DNA of 63,948 nucleotides, counting the filler, from Chiloscyllium plagiosum (lineage: Eukaryota): assembly GCF_004010195.1 (NCBI RefSeq). It is 4 parts of one record of this genome, joined end to end, with 100 filler letters (N's around TTAATTAATTAA, not from the genome) between each part and the next. Parts side by side here need not be neighbours in the genome. Positions count along the whole stretch, not along the records: positions 1 to 21,546 come from NC_057710.1; 3 more parts are not named here. One strand, 5' to 3'. Shown here in pieces: positions 1 through 12,620 of the stretch. Positions within the stretch are counted from its first letter, which is position 1. Each line of letters starts with the position of its first letter. The translations under genes were made by a program, and so were the position numbers. The notes under the pieces are model-generated. The model saw only the letters and a list, made by a program, of their open reading frames with translations. It did no database searches and had not been told where the DNA came from.

Positions 1-564
1 CTCGTCCTTGAGGATTTCCTGCACTCTGTCCACGATGTCTTTCACCCTGGCACCAGGAAGGCAACACACCATCCTTAAATCCCGTCTGCTGCCACAAAAA
101 CCCCGGTCAGTTCCTCTCACAATGGAGTCCCCTATTACCACGGCTCTGTGCGATGTCTGACTCTTCCACTCTGCCTCTGCGCCAACATTTGATTGACAGA
201 CCTGGCCGCCTTGTGAACTGGCAGTGTCATCAGTCTCTACTGTTTCCAAAAGCTTCAACTTGTTCCTAACAGGATCTTCTCCCAGGGGCTCTTGCACCTG
301 CCTCCTCTCTGCCTTCCTCATCGTCTGCTCTATTCTGCTCTCTTCTGGTATGATTGATGTAATAACCTCGCTGAAGGTCTTGTCCAGAATGATCTTGTTC
401 TCTCGGATGAGCCTAAGGTCCTCGAGTTCTTTCATCAGCGCTGCAATATGCTCGGTCAATAGCTGAACGTGCACACACTTTCCAAACATATACGAGCCAG
501 ACACACCAGAGTCATTGACCTCCCACATCAAGCACGTAGTGAACTGAACCAGCTGGGCAGTCAT
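1..564 (-). CDS. CR1 ORF1p (degenerate zinc finger, coiled coil, SGNH esterase); 188 codons open to the window edge
   Basis: Manual translation from the ATG at 564: MTAQLVQFTTCLMWEV...YMFGKC...RAVVIGDSIVRGTDRGFCGSRRDLRMVCCLPGARVKDIVDRVQEILKDE, no stop. GDS and CCLPGA are the SGNH blocks of CR1 ORF1. Absent from the ORF track, presumably because it has no stop inside the window. Confidence 0.8.
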   Translation of the reverse strand, partial: MTAQLVQFTTCLMWEVNDSGVSGSYMFGKCVHVQLLTEHIAALMKELEDLRLIRENKIILDKTFSEVITSIIPEESRIEQTMRKAERRQVQEPLGEDPVRNKLKLLETVETDDTASSQGGQVCQSNVGAEAEWKSQTSHRAVVIGDSIVRGTDRGFCGSRRDLRMVCCLPGARVKDIVDRVQEILKDE

Positions 565-850
565 GTCTTCACTCTCTTCAACTGTAATCACTTCACTCAA
601 CCTCCTTGTCAAAGACTCCTGTGCTGAAGCCTCACTCTTCAATCCAAACTTCCTTAGACCCTCTTTTTGTGGCAAATCTGTGGACTCTTCATTTAGGTTA
701 GAGGAGGAGGGAGGGAGGGAGACCCTACTTTGTAGAACCTGGGGTTTAGAACGCACCCGCTCTAATAGCAATCACTTACCTTCCCGACCGGCTTTGCGCT
801 CCACCTGAAGTTCCGCCCAGCTCCCGCCACTCTCTACTGCGAGTGGCAAA
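1..850 (-). mobile_element. CR1 LINE 5' end (5'UTR plus ORF1), continuing off the left edge
   Basis: Minus-strand ORF1 at 564..1. The 5'UTR segment TTAGGTTAGAGGAGGAGGGAGGGAGGGAGAC (~693-724) resembles the 5'UTR of the CR1 at ~46375-46410. Confidence 0.85.
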
Positions 851-899
851 CTGACCATAACATCAGTTATAGTCAAACTGATGAGCAAACTGACCATAA

Positions 900-3800
900 C
901 ATCATGGTACAAGGAGCCATCCAAGATGGGGGAGAAAAGAGAAATATAGTTATAATCAAGTAAAGTATAGTCAGTATAAACACTTTACTCTGTGGCCAGG
1001 ATTGAGAATCCCAAAGGCTGTGTCACCTGCCTGGTTCAGGATATCCATGCTGTCGAGTAACTTAGAGTGAGAGGGGAAAGATCCAGTTGTCTTGGTCCAC
1101 ATAGGTACTAATGATAAAGGTAGAAAAAGGAAATATTTTCTGCCGAGGGTATATGAACAACTTGTAGCTAAATTCAAAGCACAGAACCAAAAGGTCAATA
1201 ATCTCTAGATTACTACGTGAGCCACAATCAAATCAGCACAGGGTCAACAGGATTAAAGAGGTAAACTCATAGATCAAAGATTAGTGTGAAAGAAACGAGT
1301 TTGAATTCATGGGACATTGGCATTAGTACTGGGGAAGGACGGAGTTGTTCCAATGGGACAAGCTCCACCCTAGTTAAACTGGGATCAGTTAAACTGAGAT
1401 TACACTGGCAAATCACATTAATAGGGCTGTAGAAGGGCTTTAAACTAAATAGTGAGGGGTTGGAGGGGGAGGGGGGATATTTAGTTGCATGTAAACTTAT
1501 AGAAAAAGCTAAAGCTCAGAGGACTTAGCAGAGGTTATTAAAATTTCCAGAACAAATAATAGAACAGAGTGCATGGAAAAGGTCAATATTCTAACTGGGC
1601 ACGGTGGCACAGTGGTTAGCACTGCTGACAGGACTGGAAATAGTTGAAGGACAGAGGGCTCAGGAGAGGTTATTAAAATTTCCAGAACAAATAATAGGAC
1701 AGAGTGCATGGAAAAGGTCAGTATTCTAACTCCAGGCACAGCAGATATGGGGACAACAATAGGGAGGGTCAGCCAATGTAGAACTGGGGGTATTGCACTG
1801 AAATGCATACAGAATATGAAACAAGGTGAATGAGATCATAGAGCAGATTGAAATTGGCATTTACAGTATTGTGGGTGTGGCAGCAAAGTGGCTGTAAGGC
1901 CAAGGAATGAAATATGCAAGGATACATGTCCTATTAAAAGAACAGGCAGATGGACAGAGGTGGCTTTGTTGGTAAGAAGTAAAATTAAATCGATAGCAAG
2001 AAGTGATACAGAGTTAGAAGGGGTAGAATCTGTGTGGGTAGAATAAAGGAAAAGCAACCCTGATTGGAGTTGTGTTTTGGTCTCCTAGCAGTATTCAGGA
2101 TATAGGAAGAAATCAAATTAAAGATAGAAAAGGTACATAAGAAAGGCACTGGTAGAATAATCATAGGGGACTTCATTATGCAGGTAGACTGGGAAAGTCA
2201 GGTTGGTAGTTAAACTCAAGAAAAGGAATTCGTGGAATGACTATGAGATGTGATTTTGGAGCAGCTTGTAACAGAGCCCACTTGGGAATAGGCAATTCTG
2301 GATTCAGTGATGTGTAATGAGGCAGACTTGATTAGGGAGCTTAAAATGAAGGAAGCTCTTGGGGACAGTGACCATATTATGATAGAAATCACCCTGCAGT
2401 TAGAGAGGGCAAAGTTGGAATCAGATGTAATCATGTTTCAATTGAGCAAATGTAATTGTAAAGACATGAGGGAGGACTTTGATCAGAGCTGACTGGAAGA
2501 AGAACCTAGCAGGGAAGATGGTGGAGCAACAATGGCAGGGGTTTCTGATGGTAATTTGGGAGGCACAGCAGAAATCCTTCCCGAGGAAGAAGAAGCATAC
2601 GAAGGGGAGGATGAGGCAATCAGGGATGGCAAGGGAAGTCAGGGACAGAATAATAACAAAAGAAAAGGTGTACAAAGTGATGGAGATTAGTGGGAAGCCA
2701 GAGGCTTGGGAAGCCCTTAAAACCTGTACAGGATAACTACAAAAACAATAAGTGGGGAGAAGATAAAATATGAGAATGAGCTGGATAGTAGTACAAAAGA
2801 AGATTGCAAGAGTTTATTTAAATAAAAGGTAAACGAGTGACAAGAGCAGACATTGGATGTGGGAAAATGAGTTTGGAGAAGCAGTCATGGGGAACAAAGA
2901 AATAGTAGAGGAACTGTATAGGTATTTTGCATCTATCTTCACCAGCAACATAACAGAACAGAACTTCAAGTGAGTGAGGGTCAGAGGTGAGTGCAGTGGC
3001 CATCACAAAGAAGAAGATGCTGGGGAAGCTGAAAGGTCCAAAGGTGGATAAATCATCCAGATCAGGTGGACAACACCTCAGAGAGCTGAAGGAGATAGCT
3101 GAGGAGATTGTAGTGACATTGGTGACGATCTTTCTGGTTTCCCGGAGTCGGAGAGGGTGCCAGACATAATTTAATTTGCTGAATAAGAGAGGGAGGCAGA
3201 TGACAGAAAGCTATAGTCTGACTTCAGTTGTTGGTAAGATTTTAATGTCCATTATTAAGGTTTAAATTGTGGAGTGTTTGGAAGGGCATTGTAAAATAAT
3301 GCAGAGTCACCATGGCTTCATCAAGGAGACATCATGTCTGTCAAACCTATTAGAATTCTTTGAGGAGATAACAAGCAAGTAAGATGGAAGAGCCAGTGGA
3401 CATGATCTATTTTGATTTCCAGAAGGCCTTTGACAAGATGTTGCATAGGAGGCTGCTAAATAGGATTATAGCACATGGTGTTAGGAGCAACATACTGGCA
3501 CAGATGGATGATAGGCTGACTGATGGAAAGCAGAGAATAGGGATAATGCAGTCTTTTTCAGGATGGAAGTGTGACTGATTTGGATGTGACTACTTCAAGT
3601 AGTTTGGATGGAGCAGTTTTTGACAGGTATGTCCAGGAAGGATTCCTAACTCAATATGTGTTGAGGCAGACTGGAAGGGAGGCCATATTGGATTAGTGCT
3701 AGGCAATGAACCAGGTCAGGTGTCAGATCTCTCAGTGGGAGAGCATTTCGGTGATCATATCACAACTTCCTGACCTTTATGATACTCATAGAGAGGGAGA

Positions 3801-6800
3801 GGGAGAGGAGCAGGTGGCATTGGAAAGTATTTAATTGGGGGAAGAGGAACTATGATGCTATTAGGCAAGAACTGGAGTGCCTAAATTGGGAAAAGATGCT
3901 CCCAGGGAAATGCATAACAGAAATGTGGAGTTTTTAGGGAGTACTTGCTGATAGTGCTGGACAGGTTTGTCCCACCAAGGCAAGGAAGGGATGGTAGGCT
4001 GAAGGAACCTTGGATAACAAGAGATGTGGAACATCTAATCAAGAGAAAGAAGGAACTTTACTTGAAGTTGAGGAGGCAAGGATCAGACAGGGGTTGAGAG
4101 GGTACAAGGTAGCCAGGGAAGAACTGAAGAATGGATTTAGGAGCTCGAAGGAGGTATGAAAAAGGTTTAGTGGGTAGGATTAAGGAAAACCCTAAGGCAT
4201 TCTACACTTATGTAAAGGACAAGAGATTGGCCAGAATGACAGTAGGGCCGATCAAGGATAGCGGAGGGAACTTGTGCCTGGAGTTGGAAAAGGTAGGGGA
4301 GGTCCTTAATGAATACTTTTCTTCAGTATTCATTACTGAGAGGCATTTTCACATTTGTGAGGATGGCTTGAAACAGGCTGATATGCCCGAACAGGTTGAT
4401 GTTAAGAAGGAAAAGTTTGAAAAACATAAAGATAGATAAATCCCCTGGGCTAGACAGGATATACCCTGGCTAACTATTGGAAGTGAGGGAAGATATAGCT
4501 GCACCTTTGGTGATGATCTTTGCATCCTCACTGTCCACTGGAATTGTACCAGACGATTGGATTGTGGCAAATTTTATTCTCTAGTTCAAGAAAGGGAATA
4601 GGGATAACCCTGGGAATTACAGATGAGTCTGTCTTACGTCTATGGTGGGCAAATTATTGGAGAGGATTCTGAGAGACAGTATTTATGATTACTCGGAAAA
4701 CCATAGTTTGATTAGAGATAGTCAGCATGGCATTGTGAGGAGTAGGTCATACCTTATTGAATTCTTTGAGGATGTGACAAAACATATTGATGAAGGTAGA
4801 GCTATGGATTTTAGCAAGGCGTTTGATAAGGTTTCCCCATGGTAGGCTCTTCCAGAAAGTAAGGAGGCATGGGATACAGGGGCGTTTGGCTGGCTGGATA
4901 CAGAATTGGCTGGCTCATAGAAGACGGAGGATGGTACTAAATGTAAAGTATTCAGCCTGGAGTTTGGTGTTCCGCAGGGATCTGTTCGGGGACCTCTGCT
5001 CTTCATGACTTTCATAAATAACTTGGGTGAGTAAATGGAAGGGTAGGTCAGTAAGTTTGCTGAGAACTTGAAAGTTGGTGGAGTGGTGGATAGCGTAGAA
5101 TGCTGTTGTAGGTTACAATGGGACATTGACAGAGCTGGGCTGTGAAATGGTAGATGGAGTTCAGCCTGGAAAAGTGTGAAGTGATTCATTTTGGAAAGTT
5201 GAATTTGAATGCAGAATGCAGTGCTAAAGGCAGGATTGTTGGCAGTGTGGAGGTACAGAGGGACATGGGGTCCATCCAAGTTGATAGGGTTGTTAAGAAG
5301 GCCTATGACATGTTGGCTTTAATTAGCAGGGTGGTTGAGTTTAAGAGCCGCAAGGTTATGCTGAAGCTTTATAGAGCCCTGGTTAGACCACACTTGGAAT
5401 ATTGTGTTCAGTTCTGGTCACTTCATTATTGGAAGAATGTGGAAGCTTTAGAGAGGGTGCAGAGGAGATTTACCAGGATACTGCCTGGATAGAAGGGCAT
5501 GTCTTATGAAGAAAAGTTGAGGGAGCTAGTGCTTTTTTCATTGGAGCAATGAAGATGAGAGGTGACTTGATTGAGGTATACAAGATGTTGAGAGGCATAG
5601 ATAGAGTGAATATTCAGAGACTTTTTCCCAGGTCAAAATGGCTATAAAGAGGGGGCATAATTTTAAGATGCTTATAGGAAGGTTCAGGGGAGATGTCAGT
5701 GGTAGGTTCTTTACACAGACTGTCATGGGTGCATGCAATGCACTGCCAGCTGTGGTAGTAGAGTCTGATACATTTAGGGACATTTAACCAGTTTTTGAAT
5801 GGGCAAGTGGATGATAGTAAAATCGAAGGTATATAGATTAGTTTGAACTTCGAGGAGGATAAAAGGTCGGCACAACATCAAGGACCGAAGGGCCTGTACT
5901 GTGCTGTACTGCTTTATGTTCTATGTTTTATATGTTTCTCGTGGAGTTCTGCAGGGGCCACAACTTTATACATTATATTATACATCAATGATCCGGAGAA
6001 AGGAACCCAGGATATTGTTACTAAATTTGCAGATGACACAAAGACAGGTGGAGCAACAGGTCATGTTGATAAAGCAAGAATGTTGTCAAAGGACTTGGAC
6101 AAGCTAGGAGAGTGGACAAAGAAGTAGCAGATGGAATGCAAAGTGGGAAAGTGTGACATTATGGACTTGGGTAGGAAGAATTGAGGCACAGATTATTTTT
6201 TTAAATGAGGAATGGCTTCTGAAACTTGAAGCACAAAAGAACTAGGATGTCCCAGTTTAATATTCTCTTAAGGTTAACATGTAGGTTCAGTTGACAGTTA
6301 GGAAGGCAAATGCAATATTAACATTCCCTTCAACAGGCGTAGAATGTAAGAGCAGAAATGTACTGCTGAGTCTGTGTAAGGCTCTAGCCAGGCCATATTT
6401 GGAATATTGTGAGCAGTTTTGTGCCCTGTATCTGAGGTAGGACGTGCTGGCATGGGAAGGGGTTCAGAGGAAGTTTACAAGAAAGATCCCAGGAATGAAG
6501 GACTTGTTATATGACGAGTGGTTAAGGACTCTGGATCTGTACTTGATAAAGTTTAGAATGGTGAGTTGATTAAAACTTACAGAATACTGAGAGTCCTGGA
6601 TTGAGTTGACATGGAGAAGGTATTTCCACTAATAGGAGAGACCAAGACATGAGGACATAGCCTCAGAGTGAAGGGACTAACCTTTATAACTGAGATGAAG
6701 AGTAATTTCTTCAGCCAGATGATGAATAATTGGTAGAACTCATTGCTGCAGATGAATGCGGAGACCAAGTCATTGAGTGTATTTGAGACAGAGATAGATT

Positions 6801-6950
6801 CTTGGCAGTTAAGGGGATCAAGGGTTACAGAGAGAAGGCAGCAGATCGGAACTGAGAAACATATCAGTCATGATTTCTCAAAGATGGAGCAGATTCGATA
6901 GGTCAAATAGCGTAATTCTGCTCCTATATCTTAAAATCTTCTGATCTAAA
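900..6950 (+). mobile_element. Decayed near-full-length CR1 LINE (ORF1 remnant, APE endonuclease, RT), split by a nested CR1 at ~3580-5935
   Basis: VLVHIGTND (~1090), IIGDF (~2160), LGDSDH (~2360), VDMIYFDFQKAFDKM (3384-3578). Frame breaks at GGATGGAAGTGTGACT and resumes at GTGGAGTTCTGCAGGGG (~5941); KFADDTK (~6025); 3' tail at ~6900-6950. Many stops and frameshifts. Confidence 0.85.
3580..5935 (+). mobile_element. 5'-truncated CR1 LINE nested inside the previous CR1
   Basis: IKENPKAFYTYV, MDFSKAFDKV, LVRPHLEYCVQFWS. Ends with GGACCGAAGGGCCTGTACTGTGCTGTAC plus a TTCTATG-like tail. Confidence 0.85.
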
Positions 6951-7579
6951 TCTGTTAATTATTTGAGCTGGCTTTCAACAATGAATGTTTGCTATTTTGA
7001 GCAGACAGCAGGCCACAATATCACAAGGTAGGAATTGATGAAAAGGACACTTAAGTTCTTTTAATTTCATCTTTCAAGAATACCAATCTTCTCTTGACAG
7101 CATTAAGATATTTCTTAAATGAGTTCCATGTACTAGTTACACACTTTTTTGTAAGGAAGTATTAACTGACATCTGCACTAAACTTGCTGTGCATAGTACT
7201 GACCCTGTCTACACTGCTCCTCACCTATCGGTTATGAAAATGTTGTTTCAGTATTATTTACTATAATATTAAAACTTTTCTGTCTCTAAATTCCTTCCCA
7301 TAAAAATGCATGACCTTTATCGAGCCATTTTATCGTGTTGTACTTTTACCATAATAGTAGAGGTGAAGTGAGAGTGACTGTTTTGAGATGGGCAACCAGT
7401 CGATGCAAACACAATGGGCCAAGTAGCCTCCTTCTGCACTGTAACAACTCTGTGATTCTGCGATGTTTTTGAAACAAAAGCAGCATTTGTCTCAGTGTGA
7501 TATCAGGAGCCATACTAATATTAAAGTTAATGGAATCACGATTTATACTTGCTGAAACCAAGCTTCACACAAAGTTTAC

Positions 7580-7870
7580 TGGAGGCCAGTTATCCCAGCC
7601 CCATGATATCATTTCAGGAGTTCTACAAATGTATGTTCTCACTTCAACCATTTTCATGGGCTTCATCAATGGCCTTACCAACATTATAAAGTCAGAAGTG
7701 GAGAACATTTGCTCATGACTCCACATTAATCAGGAACATTCACTGAAAAAATGAAGAATGCAGCCAGTTCTGGACAATATTCAGGACTGTGCTGGCGAGT
7801 GTCAAGTAACATTGACCCCCAAACTACCAGGCAATGACCATCTTCAACAAGGGCGAATCTCACCATATTT
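7580..7870 (+). mobile_element. Fragment of the L2/CR1-group LINE RT (same family as 31035-37860)
   Basis: GGQLSQPHDIISGVLQ...TIFMGFINGLTNIIKSEV matches SSQFQDISAGVPQG...NDLPYIIRSEVG of the copy at ~31850-31970. Confidence 0.6.
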
Positions 7871-8949
7871 CACATCACCTGCTCAGAAGCAATGTACCCA
7901 ACGTGAAAGTCAGAACCAAAGCTTTTGCAGGTTATGTCTTTTCTCATTTGGAGCTCCATCTTGGTTAACTGGCATGTCTCAAGGCAGAAACCATGCACAC
8001 CCCATGTCCATGGAAACTGGCATCTGTCACATGTGAGCTCTCCACACCATCATAGTCCATCACTTAGAGTAAGTTTCTGCAATTCATTGATGGAGTGCAC
8101 CAAAGCTATCCTTGAGATGCTGCTGCAAGGACATTTTGCTCACAGGCACACGTCACTGATTAGACCGAGCTGCATCTTAGGACTGCTTGTTTGCTTTCTC
8201 TGTGCTTATGCACTCAGCACCCACTCTCTCTGCACAATCTCTGCTTGTATTTTAGCACTTTGCACTCTCAGCCAGAACTTACAAGTGGACAGTACTTCTG
8301 TCTTGACTTACCTTTGAGTACAAAGGCAGAAAGCTCTTGGTTGTTAGCAGTGATGATTCAAGGGTATAGACATGTTGTTATATGGCACCTTGCTATGCCC
8401 ATCTGCAGATCAAAGTACATGATAAACATGTTGTGTGCATTTCAACCAAATGATAGTTCAATGTTCAGAGGTGAAGGGATGTAGTCCTCAATCAAATTAT
8501 GGGAGTCCACCTTCAGTGATTGGGTTTCAGCCCAACAAGTTAATGAGAGCCTCCAACATAGGGCCAGTGGCTTGGGCACTCTCATTCAGCCATTTGGGTG
8601 GTCAGCATCAGCAATCTCTTTTCTTGGAGAATGAGGAGATGATAGTTGGCCATCCCAGCACCTGCTTTGGCTCTCTTTGTTCAATTGTGGGTTGTTTTCT
8701 CCTGGAATGACGGAGAGGGAGGGATTGTGTGTGATGACAGCGTTTGGCACAATTGTTAGTATTGGTGCAGGCGGGCGAATGTGCAGCGGGGCTTTGATTG
8801 AATGAGTAAACAGTGCAGAGGCCATGCAGGGTTAATGGTGTGGTGGAATTGGGTGGGTAAGAGTGAATGAGGGAAGATATTGCACGCAATAGTGAAAGTG
8901 GGAGAGCATGAGTCCGAGTAAGAGCTGAGTACTGTAGCAGAGTGAGTGT

Positions 8950-9170
8950 GAGGTAAAGGAGAGAAGATGGTGGCAATTATTCCGATAGAGCAGAGCAAGT
9001 TATTGATCTTCTTCATACAGTTTTGGGCAGTCCTCCAGATGACTGAGACTGAACTGGGCCAGATAGCAAACTCAGAGCTAACTGCTCTGTTGCCAAAGCT
9101 TCCTCCATCAGTAATGAGAGAAGAGGACAAACCTTCTCTGTGCCGACAGGACCTCCAGGTCCCCACCCAC
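8950..9170 (-). mobile_element. PIF/Harbinger remnant: Myb/SANT-like DNA-binding gene fragment (flanks ~7900-10170 probably the same element)
   Basis: Frameshifted minus-strand translation GDLEVLSAQRRFVLF...WPSSVSVIWRTAQNCMKKINNLL fits the DLEVL...RR.VLF...RT..QC.KK.NDL pattern of Harbinger Myb-like proteins. Confidence 0.6.
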
Positions 9171-10920
9171 CCATAATGAAGGGCATCAATCGCCCATTAT
9201 CTACCATATCTGAGGTAAATGACACAGACTGGGCAGGATAAGCGGGCTGACAATGCTGGCATATTCTGGTATTGGCAAGCAGTTTTGGCAATGGTGAGTA
9301 AGGGAATTGGGCTAGCATCAGAGAGTAGGTTGTTAATGAGACAATTCTAGCATGAAAAGGCTTGCTAAGGCTAATGGAGAGGAACCCTTCATGAAAATTG
9401 ACAAAAAGTACACTTTGCCAATTTATGGTAAGAATTAGTCCGATTAAAATGATCTCCTAATTCGCTATTGACTCCCCTAGCTCCCCAACTCCACTTGACA
9501 ACATTGCCAACTCCCCAACCTGAGCTGATCCTATCCCAAAAGCCTAACATCAACCCTGGCTTCTTTCCCTGACATCCCTGACACCCACTAACCAACCTGA
9601 TACACTCACACGCCCTGACTTAACATCTACCTGAACCAATTCAACAACACTCAAGTGCCCCAAGCAACAGCCTAACCTTGCCATCTAATTTTGTCCAAAC
9701 TCACCCAATCAACTACCCACTTAACTGCCACCCTATCTCTCACCTACCTTTCTGCCATCTTACACTCTCGCTTACCTGCCACCCTATCGCCTTCACCCAC
9801 CTCCCACACGATCCCTCTCACCTACTTACCATCCTATGCTATCACCCAGCTTGTCCTCAATTCCTTACCACCCGGCATCTTACCCATTTGCTTGCTATCT
9901 TATCCTGTCAGCAATGTATAGATTTATCTTCTCTTTGTGCTTTTCGGAGCTTTAAATTTGTTAACTCACTAGGATATGGCAGACAATGCTACAAGAATGG
10001 GGCATATGGCTTGGTTTCCTTGATGATTCAACATGACAATTGAAGATATGCTACACCTTTCTGAAGCATCTAACATTGGAACATTGTCCAGAAATGCAGG
10101 ATTTGATTACAGAGTGAGGAAGTGGGTGAGCACAGCAATCTGACAGCGACTGTTTTTTTCTCAGAAGGTTTGGAATAATCTTTCTTTGATGCCATGGTGC
10201 TGATTTCCTTGGATGCTAATCATGAGCAATTCACAATGAAGTAGAAATTGATTCAATTTTGTGTTTTGTGAAGGACTAGTTAAATGACTTATCTGCTTCA
10301 AACTACTAACTATGCAGACATTGTCTCAAGGTATGTTCAATCCTACCTAGAAGACGCAGCACAAGAGCAGGCCATTGAGTCCTTGCCAATGTTTGTGTAC
10401 TGCATAACCCTCCTCCTAGGTTTTCTTGCTTAACCTGATAAGCTTTCCTTTCTGTTTTGAACCTTCAGAGATTCTGCTTAACTTAACTTACCTTTTCTAT
10501 TCACATCAATTAATCCTTATGTTGACAGTTCAACATTCCAACCACTTTCAATGCACAAAGCTTAAATAAGATGACATCATAATTTCTGGAGAATTTGTAC
10601 TGACAAATAGTTTAAAGGTTGGGACAGCTTTCTTCATAACAATTGCTTGAAAATCACGTGCAATCTTTAAACTTGCTGTTCAGTTTCACCATAAATTACT
10701 TCTAAGATGTTTTCTCAATGACTCAAAGCATGTTGACTTTTGTAGATTAAAATTTAATATTCAAATTTTCAATCATATTAAAGATGATCCTTCCAAAGAC
10801 AAAATAAAATGCTTAGCATAATTCTTTCTTTTCAAACTGACCGACACTCCTATGAAATCACTTATACAGCAACATTTTGATGGGGACAAAAGCACTCTGC
10901 ATAGGGATACAGAGAATTTT

Positions 10921-11037
10921 TTTTAATTCAATCAACTTGTTCCGCTGTGTTATGGTGCAATTCTATGGAAGGTGAAACTTTAGTCTGGGCCTTCTGGCTT
11001 AAAAATAGGGCCACTATCATAGTGCTACACAAGCCCT
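10921..11037 (-). mobile_element. Short tRNA-derived SINE, decayed (family of 18215 and 27512)
   Basis: Reverse complement GGGCTTGTGTAGCACTATGATAGTGGCCCTATT...CCAGAAGGCCCAG...CATAAC...GAACAAGTTGATT aligns by eye with the plus-strand copies. Confidence 0.55.
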
Positions 11038-11058
11038 ATCTTGATAAATCTTTAATTA

Positions 11059-11150
11059 TTTTCTAATCAATCTGTTTAGTGATGTTATTGTACACCTCTG
11101 AATCAGGTGGAAATTGAACGAGAGGCACTACCAAAGTGCCCACAGAATCC
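11059..11150 (-). mobile_element. Short tRNA-derived SINE, decayed (same family)
   Basis: Reverse complement ...TGGTAGTGCCTC..GTTCAATTTCCACCTG..AGAGGTGTACAATAAC..AACAGATTGATTAGAAAA. Confidence 0.5.
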
Positions 11151-11175
11151 AACATTGGTCACAATTCTGGATACT

Positions 11176-12599
11176 TGTTATGAAGGTGAAAGTGTGTACT
11201 GTATCTTTAAGAGAGAGTGAATGCTGTTTTGCACTAAGAGCTTACAAGCACCTGTCATATGACTAGCTAGCAGTCCCAGAGTGTACTAGAAAATTGAAAA
11301 TATGTAACATTTGGCAGTGAAATAAATACCTGAGTTGGTTGCTGTTTTGACAACATTTTGAAATAACCAATCAGTTTAAATTATGCCGAAAATGTGTTGC
11401 TGGAAAAGCGCAGCAGGTCAGGCAGCATCCAAGGTGAAGGAGAATCGACGTTTTGGGCATGAACCCTTCTTCAGGAATGAGGAAGGTGTATCCAGCAGGC
11501 TAAGATAAAAGGTAGGGAAGAGGGACTTGGGGGAGGGGCGTTGGAAATGTGATAGGTTGAAGGAGGTTAAGGTGAGGGTGATAGGCCAGAGTGGGGGTGG
11601 GGGCGGAGAGGTCAGGAAGAAGATTGCAGGTTAGGAAGGTGGNNNNNNNNNNNNNNNNNNNNNNNNNNNNNNNNNNNNNNNNNNNNNNNNNNNNNNNNNN
11701 NNNNNNNNNNNNNNNNNNNNNNNNNNNNNNNCTTCCTGACCTCTCCGCCCCCACCCCCACTCCGGCCTATCACCCTCACCTTAACCTCCTTCCACCTATC
11801 GCATTTCCAACGTCCCTTCCTCAAGTTCCTCCTCCCTACCTTTTATCTTAGCCTGCAGGACACACTTTCCTCATTCTTGAAGAAGGGCTCATGTCTGAAA
11901 CGTCGACTCTCCTGCTCCTTGGATGCTACCTGACCTGCTGTGCTTTTCCAGCAACACATTTTCAGCTCTGATCTCTAGCATCTACAGTCCTTACTTTCTC
12001 TTCCCAGTTTAAATTATGCCCCAGGATACTAAAACCCAATCGAGTTTGAATTTATTGTTTTGCCAACATCAAACAAATGAGATGATCCAATGCTGGGGGT
12101 ATTTAAAAAAGGCATTTTGGAAGTCATACAGAGCAACTGCCATCAATGGAGTAATTGCTATTGACAGGGTAACTGCCATTGAGAAAGACTACCATTCAAA
12201 AACCCTCTGTCAAAGGTACTGTTCTCATATGAAAACTATTCACCATAAAAGAAAGAAGAGGTTCCAGGGAGAATTTCAGCTGAAAGGAGACAGACACTGA
12301 CGATGACAGCCGCTGTATGGTTTTGAAGTTAAGTTGATGTAATTTTGACAAGTTTTTTTTATTGGAACAGTATATTGTGATAGAATTGGAGGCAGATAAT
12401 AAACAGTTAACAAAAGGGGGGCTTGGGTTTGTGAGCAGTTGTTATTTAATGTTCACTCTTAGAGTTAAGGAATAAATTGATATTATTTTCCTTAAATAGT
12501 GGAATTTGAGAGTTGCCTGTCACTCATATTTACAAGGAGAGGTGAGCTTTTCTGGGTGCTTGGTTTAATTAGCAGAAGGGTTTACTCCGTGTCGTAACT
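11176..12599 (+). repeat. 5' LTR, interrupted by a Penelope insertion
   Basis: Starts TGTTATGA; colinear with the 3' LTR over most of its length; ends GTCGTAAC just before the PBS. Confidence 0.85.
11388..12004. mobile_element. Penelope-like element terminal segments in inverted arrangement, with an internal N gap
   Basis: 16-bp TSD CAGTTTAAATTATGCC at 11372-11387 and 12005-12020; left half is the reverse complement of the right half; same terminus family as 59833-60080. Confidence 0.8.
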
Positions 12600-12602
12600 A
12601 TT

Positions 12603-12620
12603 TGGGGGCTCGGATCCGTA
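12603..12620 (+). promoter_or_regulatory. Primer-binding site, tRNA-Pro-like (degenerate)
   Basis: TGGGGGCTCGGATCCGTAATTTG right after the 5' LTR resembles the tRNA-Pro PBS TGGGGGCTCGTCCGGGATTTG. Confidence 0.7.

Noticed and set aside
9480..9921. His/Pro/Leu-rich ORFs at 9678-10043
   Set aside because: C-rich low-complexity sequence, probably part of the Harbinger remnant.
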